NCBI GenBank assembly: GCA_016778745.1
Contig: JADHOZ010000002.1
Coordinates: 1-40,630, forward strand
Source of the DNA: Rickettsiales bacterium
GTDB lineage: Bacteria; Pseudomonadota; Alphaproteobacteria; Rickettsiales; UBA1997
Direction: 5' to 3'
DNA: 40,630 nucleotides
Of this stretch, positions 26,227 to 35,806 are shown in pieces. The stretch's first letter is position 1; every line of letters starts with the position of its first letter. The notes under the pieces are model-generated. The model made no database searches, was not told the origin of the DNA, and saw only the letters and a program-made list of their open reading frames with translations. Made by a program: the position numbers and the translations under genes.

Positions 26227-27783
26227 ATGCCTAATCAACAAGATAATTTCTACGTCACGTCACCAATTTATTACGTAAATGATGTTCCCCACATCGGACA
26301 TGCTTACACGTCAATTGCATGCGATATTATTGCTAGATTTAATCGTCTAAATAATAACAATACTTTTTTCTTAACAGGAACCGATGAACATGGTCAAAAA
26401 GTAGAAAAATCCGCTAATCTAAAAGGTAAAGATCCGCAAGAATTTTGTGATGAAGTGTCTAAAAAATTCCAAGAATTAACCAAGATTTTACAATTATCAA
26501 ATGATGATTTTATTAGAACGACAGATGATCATCACAAAAATTTTGCACAAAAATTCTGGAAAAAATTAGAAAAAAACGGCTTTATTTATAAAGGAGTTTA
26601 TGAAGGCTGGTATGCAATTCGTGATGAAGCTTTCTACGCTGAAGATGAATTGGTCAATGGAAGAGCCCCAAGTGGCGCTGAAGTAGAATGGCAAAAACAA
26701 GAAAGTTACTTCTTTAAATTATCAGCTTTTGAAGACAAGCTTTTAACTCTTTACGAGGCGGCTCCAGATTTTATCAAACCAAAATCTCGTTTCAACGAGG
26801 TGGTTTCATTTGTAAAATCTGGTTTAAAAGATCTTTCAATTTCACGAAACACGTTTTCATGGGGTGTGAAAGTTCCAGCCGATGAAAAACACGTCATGTA
26901 TGTTTGGCTTGACGCCTTAACAAACTATTTAAGCGCTTTGGACGCCGAAAATGACAGTGAAAAATACCAGAATTTTTGGAAAAATACCCAATATTCTCCA
27001 TTGCATATTGTTGGCAAAGATATTGTGAGATTTCACGCAATTTATTGGCCAGCATTTTTAATGGCTGCCCAGGAAAATCTTCCTTACCAAATTTATGCGC
27101 ATGGTTGGTGGACTAATAATGGTGAGAAAATTTCCAAATCACTAGGCAATGTCATTGATCCAATTAAAGAATTACAATGGCTACAAGCATTAGGCTGCAA
27201 TGAAAATCAGGCATTAGATTATTTTAGATATTTCTTATTTAGAGAAGTGCCTTTTGGCAATGATGGTGACTATTCAAGAGAAAATTTTGTTACCAGAGTA
27301 AATGCTGAATTAGCGAATAATATTGGCAATTTAACCCAAAGAACTCTTGCAATGATTTACAAAAATAATGGCGGTAAAATTGTTAGCTACCAAGATTATC
27401 AAGACGGACAAAATTTATTAAAGGATGCCTATAATTTAAAGGAAAATATTCAAAATTTAATGCAAGATTTGTCTTTTGATAAAGCAATATTTTTAGTCCT
27501 AACTCATGCCAGTAAATGTAATGAATTTATTAACGACAAACAGCCTTGGAACCTAAAAAAAGAAGGCAAAATTGACGAAATGAACCAAGTCTTGTCCTTG
27601 TTAGCGGAAAATATCAGAATAATTGCAGTTTGTTTGCAACCATTTTGCATTAATCTAGCGCCACAGATGTTGGAATTATTAAATGTAAAAATAACAGACT
27701 TTTCGACCTTAACCAAAGATCATTGTCTCAAAGAGGGGCATCAAATTAACGAGCCAAAGGCTTTGTTTCCTAGATTGGCATGA
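26227..27783 (+). CDS. metG: Methionyl-tRNA synthetase (short form without the C-terminal dimerisation domain)
   Basis: 518 aa with HIGH (PHIGHAYT) and KMSKS (KISKSLGN) motifs. Confidence 0.9.
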   Translation: MPNQQDNFYVTSPIYYVNDVPHIGHAYTSIACDIIARFNRLNNNNTFFLTGTDEHGQKVEKSANLKGKDPQEFCDEVSKKFQELTKILQLSNDDFIRTTDDHHKNFAQKFWKKLEKNGFIYKGVYEGWYAIRDEAFYAEDELVNGRAPSGAEVEWQKQESYFFKLSAFEDKLLTLYEAAPDFIKPKSRFNEVVSFVKSGLKDLSISRNTFSWGVKVPADEKHVMYVWLDALTNYLSALDAENDSEKYQNFWKNTQYSPLHIVGKDIVRFHAIYWPAFLMAAQENLPYQIYAHGWWTNNGEKISKSLGNVIDPIKELQWLQALGCNENQALDYFRYFLFREVPFGNDGDYSRENFVTRVNAELANNIGNLTQRTLAMIYKNNGGKIVSYQDYQDGQNLLKDAYNLKENIQNLMQDLSFDKAIFLVLTHASKCNEFINDKQPWNLKKEGKIDEMNQVLSLLAENIRIIAVCLQPFCINLAPQMLELLNVKITDFSTLTKDHCLKEGHQINEPKALFPRLA

Positions 27784-27823
27784 AGGTTAGACAGGGTTAT
27801 ACTCCCGACCTTAACCTTCATGC
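27778..27823 (+). other. 12-bp perfect hairpin that includes the metG stop codon
   Basis: GCATGAAGGTTA (27778-89) pairs with TAACCTTCATGC (27812-23). The 22-nt loop contains a GGG/CCC mini-stem. No T-tract follows, so it is not a canonical intrinsic terminator. Confidence 0.5.
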
Positions 27824-27844
27824 AATAGCCAAAAAATAAAAACA

Positions 27845-28639
27845 ATGAAAATATCATCCTTCAATATTAATTCTGTTCGCCTCAGACTCCCTTTATTAAA
27901 AAAATTTGTCGATGAAGCCAGTCCGGATGTCATTTGCTTACAAGAAACAAAAGTGGTTGATGAATTATTTCCGTTACTTGAAATCAAGGCTCTAGGTTTT
28001 GATTACGTAGAATTTAGCGGCGAAAAATCTTACAATGGCGTTGCAATCCTCTCGAAAGTGCCGCTTAAAAATAGGCAGATAATTGATGTAAAAGATTTTG
28101 GTCACAAAAGACACATCGCTGCGTCTTTACAAATTGGCGGTAAAGAAGTTGAGTTGCATAATGTTTACATTCCTGCGGGAGGAGATGAGGCGGATCCAAA
28201 AATTAATCCAAAATTTGATCACAAATTACAGTTTTTAGACTGGATGGAAGATCATTTCAAAGCCAAAAAAGATAAACATCTTATTATTGTCGGGGATTTT
28301 AATATTGCGCCTTTAGAACACGATGTTTGGTCGCATAAGCAGCTTTTAAAAGTAGTGTCACACACGCCAATTGAGGTTGAGAGATTGGGAAAGGTACAAC
28401 AATCAGCCAATTTCATTGACACGCATCGTCATTTTGTTGCCCACGATGAAAAGCTTTACAGCTGGTGGAGTTATCGGGGCAGAGAGCCTTTTAAGTCAAA
28501 TCGTGGACGTAGGCTTGATCATATTTGGTGTTCGCCTTCCTTAAAAGACAATCTAAAAGATTTTAAAATTTACAAAGATTACCGAATCCAAGAATCCCCC
28601 TCGGATCATGTGCCAATTTTAACGGAATTTTATCAATAA
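27845..28639 (+). CDS. xthA: Exodeoxyribonuclease III
   Basis: 264 aa with SFNINS, CLQETK, GDFNIAP and the C-terminal SDHVPI. Confidence 0.9.
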   Translation: MKISSFNINSVRLRLPLLKKFVDEASPDVICLQETKVVDELFPLLEIKALGFDYVEFSGEKSYNGVAILSKVPLKNRQIIDVKDFGHKRHIAASLQIGGKEVELHNVYIPAGGDEADPKINPKFDHKLQFLDWMEDHFKAKKDKHLIIVGDFNIAPLEHDVWSHKQLLKVVSHTPIEVERLGKVQQSANFIDTHRHFVAHDEKLYSWWSYRGREPFKSNRGRRLDHIWCSPSLKDNLKDFKIYKDYRIQESPSDHVPILTEFYQ

Positions 28640-28643
28640 AAAA

Positions 28644-29075
28644 ATGACTAAAACTTTCCAGATCAAGACGCAGCAAGAGATGGCGGCATTAGCAAAAGAT
28701 CTTGCCAAGAATTTGAACACTATGTTCAAATTTCAAAAAGTGATTTGTTTAAGTGGAACGTTGGGCGCAGGAAAAACATTTTTTGCTAAGGAATTTATTG
28801 GTGCTTTATTAAAAGAAAAACAAGAAATCACCAGCCCGACGTTTAATTTATTAAATATTTACGACTCTATCCAAGGTGAAATTTTTCATTTTGATTTGTA
28901 TCGCCTCAAAGATGAGAATGAATTAGAAAATATCGGCTTTTTTGATGCAATTAAAGACAATATCTGTTTGATTGAATGGCCAAACATTGCAAAAAAATAC
29001 TTGAAACACTACATTGAAATCGAGATTGCTGTTAATAATAGCGAAGAAAGAGAGGTGAAATTAACTAATGTTTAA
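28644..29075 (+). CDS. tsaE: tRNA t6A37 biosynthesis ATPase TsaE
   Basis: 143 aa with the P-loop GTLGAGKTFFAKE, PTFNLLNIY, HFDLYRL and IEWP. Confidence 0.85.
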   Translation: MTKTFQIKTQQEMAALAKDLAKNLNTMFKFQKVICLSGTLGAGKTFFAKEFIGALLKEKQEITSPTFNLLNIYDSIQGEIFHFDLYRLKDENELENIGFFDAIKDNICLIEWPNIAKKYLKHYIEIEIAVNNSEEREVKLTNV

Positions 29076-29634
29076 ATATTTATCCATTTTAGCAATATTC
29101 TTACTAACAGCTTGTGGCACCATTTCTAAGATTCATCAACCAGGAAAAGTAAAAATTCCAGCACAAATAGATTTTAATAAATATGAAAAAGTGGTGATCA
29201 TGGATTTTGCTAATAACACCGGTGAACCTATTTTTATTGACCAAAATAAAACTCCTATTACTCAGAGTTTTGCTGACAAGATTTATCACCAATTAAAAAG
29301 ATCACCAAATTTTGCCGATACGAATTTAATCAAAACCAAATCAGAAAAATTTATCCAAAAAGGTAATGTAATAATAACTGGCCAAATCACAAAATTTGAT
29401 AATGGCAATGATATTTTAAGAGGAATATTTGGTATTTTTGGCCGCTCAAAATTTGAGGCTAATGTCAACTTTATTGATGGGGAAACGAAAGAAATGATTG
29501 CGCAAATCAAAGTTAAAAAGGCTAGTTTGATTTATGGGTTATTTATTTCTGCGAATCAAAACCTAGAATATTTGGTTGAAGAATCAGCCAATAATATTGC
29601 AAAAAAAATTAATAATCTCAAAACAAATGACTAA
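29068..29634 (+). CDS. Lipoprotein of unknown function (DUF4410-like)
   Basis: Lipobox LLTAC/G. The core ITGQITKFDNGNDILRGIFGIFGRSKFEANVNFIDGETKEMIA resembles my recollection of DUF4410. The gene overlaps tsaE by 8 nt and rluD by 8 nt. Confidence 0.55.
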   Translation: MFKYLSILAIFLLTACGTISKIHQPGKVKIPAQIDFNKYEKVVIMDFANNTGEPIFIDQNKTPITQSFADKIYHQLKRSPNFADTNLIKTKSEKFIQKGNVIITGQITKFDNGNDILRGIFGIFGRSKFEANVNFIDGETKEMIAQIKVKKASLIYGLFISANQNLEYLVEESANNIAKKINNLKTND

Positions 29635-30604
29635 ATTTGAGTTCCAAACTAATGGCGCACACAATATCAGACTTGATAAGTTTTTGAGTGAGGAATTTGC
29701 TAAAATAAAACCAGAAATTAACCGCTCCAATATCCAAAAACTAATTTCCAAGGAGTTGGTAGTGGATGAAAAAAACAACATCATTACGTCATCTTCTTAC
29801 AAAATAAAACCAAACCAAAACATAATAGTCACTTTGCCAGAAGCAAAGCCAAGTAGAATCGCACCTAAAAAAATAGATTTTGAAATAATTTTTGAAGATG
29901 ACGATCTAATAGTAATTAACAAGCCAGCCAATCTCACAGTTCACCCTGGCGCTGGAAATCAAGAAGATACATTGGTCAATGCCCTACTTTTTACGCACCA
30001 AGACAAGCTTTCATCAATTAGTGGCGAGGCAAGGCCTGGAATTGTGCACCGACTTGATAAAGATACAACCGGTTTGATGCTGGTTGCTAAAAATGATTTA
30101 GCACATCAAGCGCTTAGCCAAGATTTACAAGATCGAAATATTAAAAGAAGCTATTTGGCCTTTATTTACGGTGCATTCGAGCCCAAATATGGTAAAATTG
30201 AAACTAAAATAGCTAGAAATCGTCACAACAGGCTAAAGATGTCCGTTACCAGAGGTCAAGGAAGAACGGCCATCACGAATTACGAAACAGTTGAAAGCTA
30301 TTTAGATAATTTTGTTAGCCTAATAAAATGCAATTTAGAAACTGGCCGAACCCACCAAATTAGAGTGCACATGGAGAATGCAAAACATTCAATAATAGGA
30401 GATCAAGCCTATGGAGCATGTAAAAAAGTTCTGCCAAAAACGGTAGAGTTAAGTAAAGAAAAGCAAGCATTCATCAAAAACTTTCCGCGCCAAGCTCTGC
30501 ATTCATTTGAAATAACATTTTCTCATCCCAGAACAAAAAAGGAAATGTCTTTTACAATAGGCTTGCCAAATGATTTGTTGGAGCTACAAAAATGCCTAAA
30601 ATAG
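29627..30604 (+). CDS. rluD: 23S rRNA pseudouridine synthase, RluD/RluA family
   Basis: I prefer the ATG at 29627 (MTKFEF) over the track start at 29576. It has an S4 domain (RLDKFLSE), the catalytic HRLDKDTTGLMLVAK and TGRTHQIRVH. Confidence 0.85.
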   Translation: MTKFEFQTNGAHNIRLDKFLSEEFAKIKPEINRSNIQKLISKELVVDEKNNIITSSSYKIKPNQNIIVTLPEAKPSRIAPKKIDFEIIFEDDDLIVINKPANLTVHPGAGNQEDTLVNALLFTHQDKLSSISGEARPGIVHRLDKDTTGLMLVAKNDLAHQALSQDLQDRNIKRSYLAFIYGAFEPKYGKIETKIARNRHNRLKMSVTRGQGRTAITNYETVESYLDNFVSLIKCNLETGRTHQIRVHMENAKHSIIGDQAYGACKKVLPKTVELSKEKQAFIKNFPRQALHSFEITFSHPRTKKEMSFTIGLPNDLLELQKCLK

Positions 30605-31500
30605 TTGTAATTTCAGGAGCTACATCGTCGGGCAAATCACAGCTTGCACTAGATTTAGCTTTGCAAATTAACGCTAAACAAAATTGCGCTATTATTAATG
30701 CTGATTCGTTGCAAATTTATGCTGGTTTGCCATTACTTTCGGCGCAACCAAGTCAAGAAGAACAAGTGCAAATTTCGCATCGTCTTTATGGTGTAATGGC
30801 GCCAAGCCAGAATTCTTCAGTAGCCAATTGGCTGTCTTTGGTAAAAAAAGAAGTGCAACAATTAATTGTCAATAAAACATTGCCAATAATTGTTGGTGGC
30901 ACGGGAATGTACATTAGTGCCCTGATTGAGGGAATTTCTCCGGTTCCTGAAATTGATTTCAAAGTTAGAAAGGCGGCAATTGATTTTTTTGAGAAAAACG
31001 GACTTGAGAAATTGCAGCAAAAATTAATACATCTTGGTGAAAAAAAACTTTTAGACAAACAAAGATTAATCAGAGCTTACGAAGTGTATTTACAAACCGG
31101 AAAAAACATTTCATATTTTCAAAATCAGCCCAAAAAACAGATTCTACCAAAGGCGAATTTTATTCATTTAAATTTAGAAATTGATCGCGAGCAACTTTAC
31201 AAAAACTGTAATGTACGATTTGAAAAAATGCTTGAGATCGGTGCGATTGATGAGGTAAAAAAATTAAGAGAAGAAATTAAAGATCAAAAATTTAGCCCTA
31301 CCAAAACGCTAGGCTACAAAGAAATATGTGATTATTTAGAGCAAAAAATCACCAAAGAAGAAATGATTGCTATTGCGACACAAAAAACTAGAAATTACGC
31401 TAAGAGGCAATTAACGTGGTTTCGACATCAATTACCAAATAAAAAAGTCTGCAACAATCAACAAAGCGCAATTAAATTTTTGTTAAATGAAATTTTCTGA
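30592..31500 (+). CDS. miaA: tRNA dimethylallyltransferase
   Basis: 302 aa with the P-loop ISGATSSGKS, IVGGTGMYI and RNYAKRQLTWFR. Confidence 0.9.
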   Translation: MPKIVVISGATSSGKSQLALDLALQINAKQNCAIINADSLQIYAGLPLLSAQPSQEEQVQISHRLYGVMAPSQNSSVANWLSLVKKEVQQLIVNKTLPIIVGGTGMYISALIEGISPVPEIDFKVRKAAIDFFEKNGLEKLQQKLIHLGEKKLLDKQRLIRAYEVYLQTGKNISYFQNQPKKQILPKANFIHLNLEIDREQLYKNCNVRFEKMLEIGAIDEVKKLREEIKDQKFSPTKTLGYKEICDYLEQKITKEEMIAIATQKTRNYAKRQLTWFRHQLPNKKVCNNQQSAIKFLLNEIF

Positions 31501-32203
31501 TCAAGGAATCATAATTAACATTTCAAGCTACGGCGAAAATAGTGCGATTCTAAAAATATTTAGTGAAAATCATGGTGTTTATCGCGGCTTTGTTAAATAC
31601 ACTAAATCCTCAAAAAACAAAGCGATATTTCAAATTGGTAATTTGGTTTCATTTGAATTTAAAGCTCGCCTTGAGGAAAATTTAGGAAGTTTTAGCAGTT
31701 TCGATCTAATAAAATCCTATTGCACAAAGATTCTGTTTGATAAAGAAAAACTAAAACTGGCCACTTCATTATTTCACTTAATTGACAACGTAATATTAGA
31801 AAAATTTGCCTTAGAAGAATTTTTTTTCTTGATAAGTGAATTTCTGCAAAATTTGGTAGAAGAGGATAATGCAATCAATAATTTAAGAAATTACATCATT
31901 TTGGAATTTCAAATTATTAAAATACTTGGCTACGAAATTGATATTTCAAGTTGTGTTGCAACAGGATCGACCGATAATCTAAGATATGTTTCCCCAAAAT
32001 CAGCTAGGGCGGTTTGTTTTGAGTCAGGAAAGCCTTACGAGAATAAATTATTAAAGCTGCCGGAATTTTTCACAAATTATGCTTCTAAAGTCAGTAAGGA
32101 AGATGTAATGGACGGCTTAAAGTTAACCGAATATTTTCTACTGAAATTTATTTTTGATGGCGATGTATCAAAAATGAAATTTAGAAATCTCAACAAAAGC
32201 TAG
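31487..32203 (+). CDS. recO: DNA repair protein RecO
   Basis: 238 aa with an N-terminal OB region (GIIINISSYGENSAILKIFSENHGVYRGFVK) and a later Cys-containing region. It overlaps miaA by 14 nt. Confidence 0.8.
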   Translation: MKFSDQGIIINISSYGENSAILKIFSENHGVYRGFVKYTKSSKNKAIFQIGNLVSFEFKARLEENLGSFSSFDLIKSYCTKILFDKEKLKLATSLFHLIDNVILEKFALEEFFFLISEFLQNLVEEDNAINNLRNYIILEFQIIKILGYEIDISSCVATGSTDNLRYVSPKSARAVCFESGKPYENKLLKLPEFFTNYASKVSKEDVMDGLKLTEYFLLKFIFDGDVSKMKFRNLNKS

Positions 32204-33009
32204 ATTCCAAATATCACGTAAGAAGTAATAGCAAGTAGATCGAGCTTTTGCCCAAATAAAATAACAATGAATAAAGCGACGCAAATTGCCGGCGCAAAAG
32301 GGAAGGTATCTTCTTTTTTTATCAATTTCCAGACCGATCCAAATAAAACCCCAATAAGACCAGAAAGCATTGTAAATAATAAAATCTTATCTACTCCAAT
32401 GGCAAAACCAGCAATAAAGAAAAACTTAATATCGTCAATTCCAATAGCCTGTTTTTTGGTGGTAATGTAAAAAAAACCAAGCAATGAAAAAGCAAATAAT
32501 AGCAGTAAAAAAGCTGCGCTCACATTATCTAAAAAATCAGTGTTTGGTTGTAGTGCTATTAAAATAGTAACCAAAATTGCCAAACTAAACTGACTTTGAT
32601 TGGGAATAAAATAATGCTCTAAATCAGTAATGCACATCAAAATCAAATTAGCTGTAATGGCAAATTGCACGATTACAATCCAATTAATTTGGTAGTTATT
32701 GGCTGTAAAAGTTAATAAGAATGCTAAAATTGTTGTTAGCTCAATGAGCGGATAACGTTTAGAAATGCTAATTTGACAAGCTCCGCATTTTCCACTACTA
32801 AAAAGCCAAGAAAATATAGGAATTAAATTTAGAGCTTTTAGAATCTTGCCGCAATTGCTACATTTTGACCTGGCAAAAATAATTGGCTCTTTGGTGACAA
32901 TTCGGTAACTAACAAGGCTTAAAAAGCTGCCAATTATTGAACCCAATACGCCAATTGACAATAATTTAAACCACAATGGCAAGATATTAAATATCAAGAA
33001 GGCTTGCAT
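32200..33009 (-). CDS. Type IV prepilin peptidase (A24 family)
   Basis: 269 aa and polytopic. The N-terminal Cys pairs CSNCGK...CGACQ are present, along with the Asp blocks ITDLEHYFIPN and GIDDIKFF (GxGDxK-like). Confidence 0.75.
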   Translation of the reverse strand: MQAFLIFNILPLWFKLLSIGVLGSIIGSFLSLVSYRIVTKEPIIFARSKCSNCGKILKALNLIPIFSWLFSSGKCGACQISISKRYPLIELTTILAFLLTFTANNYQINWIVIVQFAITANLILMCITDLEHYFIPNQSQFSLAILVTILIALQPNTDFLDNVSAAFLLLLFAFSLLGFFYITTKKQAIGIDDIKFFFIAGFAIGVDKILLFTMLSGLIGVLFGSVWKLIKKEDTFPFAPAICVALFIVILFGQKLDLLAITSYVIFGI

Positions 33010-33062
33010 AAAAAATAACTTAAAATAAATATTACGTAATCAAATTAATTGTTAGACAGATA

Positions 33063-33983
33063 ATGGAATTTTCATCCACACTTTACAAGTTTTTTACACT
33101 AATCATTTTATTGGCCCTAGCAGCGTCATGCTCTCAAAAGCCTGCGAAAATAGTCAATAATTATGATGCATTTTATTCTAAGTCAAAATCTCGCGGATCA
33201 AGCAATTCTAATAGCCTTGCCACAATTCAAAAAACTTCCGGAATGGAAATCGAAGTAAGACCGGGAGATAATTTATACAACATAGCTAAACAATATCACA
33301 CCACAATCTATGAAATTATTGAGAAAAACAACTTAAAACCACCATACATATTACATGTTGGCCAAAAAATGTTGATTCCTCTACCAAGCTATCACACAGT
33401 GGTGCATGGCGATAGCGTTTACACAATCTCCAGAGACTACAATATGAACATGGATAAGTTAATCAGACTTAATAAACTCAAAAAACCATATTCAATCTAT
33501 ACGGGTCAAAAATTAAGAATTGGTAAAACATCATCTAGCGTAACTAGATCAAGAAGCTCTAAGCAATCTTCTAACGATGACGCAGTGTTAACACGAAACA
33601 TTAGATCGTCTGGCAAATTTATTTGGCCCGTGAGAGGAAAGATTATTTCAACATTTGGCGCTAAAAAAGGTGGTCTCTACAATGATGGAATCAATATCAA
33701 AGTTGCTAAAGGCACTAAAGTGAAGGCTGCAGATAGTGGTGTTGTTGCCTATGTTGGCAATGAATTAAAAGGCTACGGCAATTTAATAATCATTAAACAT
33801 TCTTCAAAATGGATCACCGCCTACGCTCATCTTGATTCACTATCAGTTAAAAGAGGGCAAAAAGTTGAAAAAGGAGATATCATTGCCTCAGTTGGCTCAA
33901 GCGGAAATGTTGATTCCCCACAATTATATTTTGGTCTCAGAAAGGGTCGCGACGCTCTTGACCCGCAAAAACATATCAAATAG
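33063..33983 (+). CDS. nlpD: NlpD-like lipoprotein: two LysM domains + a degenerate LytM (M23) domain
   Basis: Lipobox LAASC. The two LysM repeats are VRPGDNLYNIAKQY... and VVHGDSVYTISRDY.... The M23 region has NDGINI in place of HxGxD and PQLYFGLRKG in place of PHLHFE. Confidence 0.75.
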   Translation: MEFSSTLYKFFTLIILLALAASCSQKPAKIVNNYDAFYSKSKSRGSSNSNSLATIQKTSGMEIEVRPGDNLYNIAKQYHTTIYEIIEKNNLKPPYILHVGQKMLIPLPSYHTVVHGDSVYTISRDYNMNMDKLIRLNKLKKPYSIYTGQKLRIGKTSSSVTRSRSSKQSSNDDAVLTRNIRSSGKFIWPVRGKIISTFGAKKGGLYNDGINIKVAKGTKVKAADSGVVAYVGNELKGYGNLIIIKHSSKWITAYAHLDSLSVKRGQKVEKGDIIASVGSSGNVDSPQLYFGLRKGRDALDPQKHIK

Positions 33984-34005
33984 AATCGCAGTTTAATTTT
34001 GATGG

Positions 34006-34031
34006 AGGGCGGGGTTTTGTGGCCCCGTCTT
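34006..34031 (+). terminator. Weak candidate terminator hairpin after the nlpD-like gene
   Basis: AGGGCGGGG-TTTTGTGG-CCCCGTCTT forms a ~9-bp stem with 2 G-U pairs. The downstream T-tract is poor. Confidence 0.3.
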
Positions 34032-34063
34032 CCATATTCATGCTATCATAAAATACAAAATAA

Positions 34064-34990
34064 ATGTCATTCTTCAAAATTTTTTCCAGGTCAAAAATAG
34101 GCGACCAACTAAAACCTAGTTCGAATAAAATATCATCAGCGATAACCCAAATTTTCACTCACAAAAAACTAGACGACCAAACTTTAGAAGATCTGGAAGA
34201 AACCCTAATCCTAAGCGACATGGGATCCGAAGCCGCAATCCAAATAATCAATAATCTTCGCTCAAAAAAATTCGCCAAAACAATCAGTGACGAAGAGATA
34301 AAACAATTTCTCCAAGACGAAATATCGCACATCCTAAAACCATGTCAAAAAACTTTAGATTTGGCAGATAAAAACAAACCCCAAGTCCTAATATTTAACG
34401 GCGTAAATGGCGCGGGAAAAACCACAACAATAGGAAAAATCGCTCAAAACCTAAAAAACCAAAATAAAACAGTCCTAATAGCTGCTTGCGACACTTTTAG
34501 AGCCGCCGCCTCAGCCCAATTAGAAGTGTGGGCTAGTAGAACGGGATGTGAAATAATTCTCCCGATAAAAGAAGGCGAAGACGCTGCTGCCGTAGCTTAT
34601 CGCGCTCTAGAACACGCCACTAAAAACAACTTTGACATCCTTCTAATAGACACGGCAGGGCGCCTGCAAAATAAATCAAATCTAATGGATGAACTTAAAA
34701 AAATTAATAACGTCATAAAGAAAATAGACCCGGACGCACCTCAAGAAAATCTCTTAATTTTAGATGCCACAACAGGCCAAAACGCCAAGTCACAATTACA
34801 AACATTCAACGAAATTGTTGGCATAACTGGCCTAATAATAACAAAGCTAGACGGCTCTGCAAGAGGAGGAGTAGTAGTTTCACTTGCCCAAAATTTCCAA
34901 AAACCAATTTATGCAATTGGAGTGGGAGAAAAATTAGAAGACTTGCAAGAATTTGCAGCTGAAGAATTTGCTAAAAATTTGGTTAAGTAG
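34064..34990 (+). CDS. ftsY: Signal recognition particle receptor FtsY (short form)
   Basis: 308 aa with GVNGAGKTTTIGK, DTAGRL and TKLDGSARGG. Confidence 0.9.
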   Translation: MSFFKIFSRSKIGDQLKPSSNKISSAITQIFTHKKLDDQTLEDLEETLILSDMGSEAAIQIINNLRSKKFAKTISDEEIKQFLQDEISHILKPCQKTLDLADKNKPQVLIFNGVNGAGKTTTIGKIAQNLKNQNKTVLIAACDTFRAAASAQLEVWASRTGCEIILPIKEGEDAAAVAYRALEHATKNNFDILLIDTAGRLQNKSNLMDELKKINNVIKKIDPDAPQENLLILDATTGQNAKSQLQTFNEIVGITGLIITKLDGSARGGVVVSLAQNFQKPIYAIGVGEKLEDLQEFAAEEFAKNLVK

Positions 34991-35244
34991 TTAATGTGTT
35001 AAAATAGTCTTAAAAATAATAGGGGGATTCATCCTGAAAAACAGATTAGCCCCAGTAATCTGCCCAAATAATTCAAATCGCAAACGATTATAAATCAACA
35101 TGCAATGGATAATATGCTAGATACTTAATTTATAGAAGCGGTATTAGGTAAGAATAGTTACGAAATCAAATATTACATCTAGGTTAGCGCGGTCTACATG
35201 GGCTAGACAGTTTGTAAGCGCGTCTATAAACAATGCCAACAAAC

Positions 35245-35802
35245 TTACCGCCCATAATGCGCCACAAAACTCTTTTTGGCAATCATATTGGCATTAATCA
35301 TAAATCCAGCCAAAGCGGCACTAGAATTCTGACTAATTGCGATTTTATCAGTCTTTAGCGCATAAATAGTAAAAATATACCGATGTGGTTTATCGCCTTC
35401 TGGAGGGCATGGTCCACCAAAGCTGTAGGTGCCATAATCATTTTTAATTTGGGTAATGTCATTATTTAATAAAAACTCATTTTTACCACCAAATTCTTGA
35501 GACAAACTTCCATAACTAGCTGGAATATTTAATGCAATCCAGTGCCACCAACCACTACCCGTTGGTGCATCTGGATCATAAACTGTGATTGCAAAACTTT
35601 TTGTATCTTTTGGTGCATTTTTCCAAAATAATTGTGGTGAGATATTGTCACCAACACAGCCAAATCCGTCAAAAACATGTTTTACTTTAATAGAAGATCC
35701 TGGCTTTATGTCTTGGCTACCAAACTCAAAATCGGGGGCATTACTCTTATTAATGCAAGAAGCCAAAACAAAAGTTAAAAATAAAATAATAATTTTTTTC
35801 AT
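35245..35802 (-). CDS. YbhB/YbcL-family PEBP (Raf kinase inhibitor-like) protein, probable lipoprotein
   Basis: I prefer the ATG at 35802 (MKKIIILFLTFVLASC, lipobox LASC) over the track start at 35820. PEBP blocks are DPDAPTGSGWWHW and GPCPPEGDKPHRYIFTIYAL. Confidence 0.8.
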   Translation of the reverse strand: MKKIIILFLTFVLASCINKSNAPDFEFGSQDIKPGSSIKVKHVFDGFGCVGDNISPQLFWKNAPKDTKSFAITVYDPDAPTGSGWWHWIALNIPASYGSLSQEFGGKNEFLLNNDITQIKNDYGTYSFGGPCPPEGDKPHRYIFTIYALKTDKIAISQNSSAALAGFMINANMIAKKSFVAHYGR

Positions 35803-35806
35803 AATT

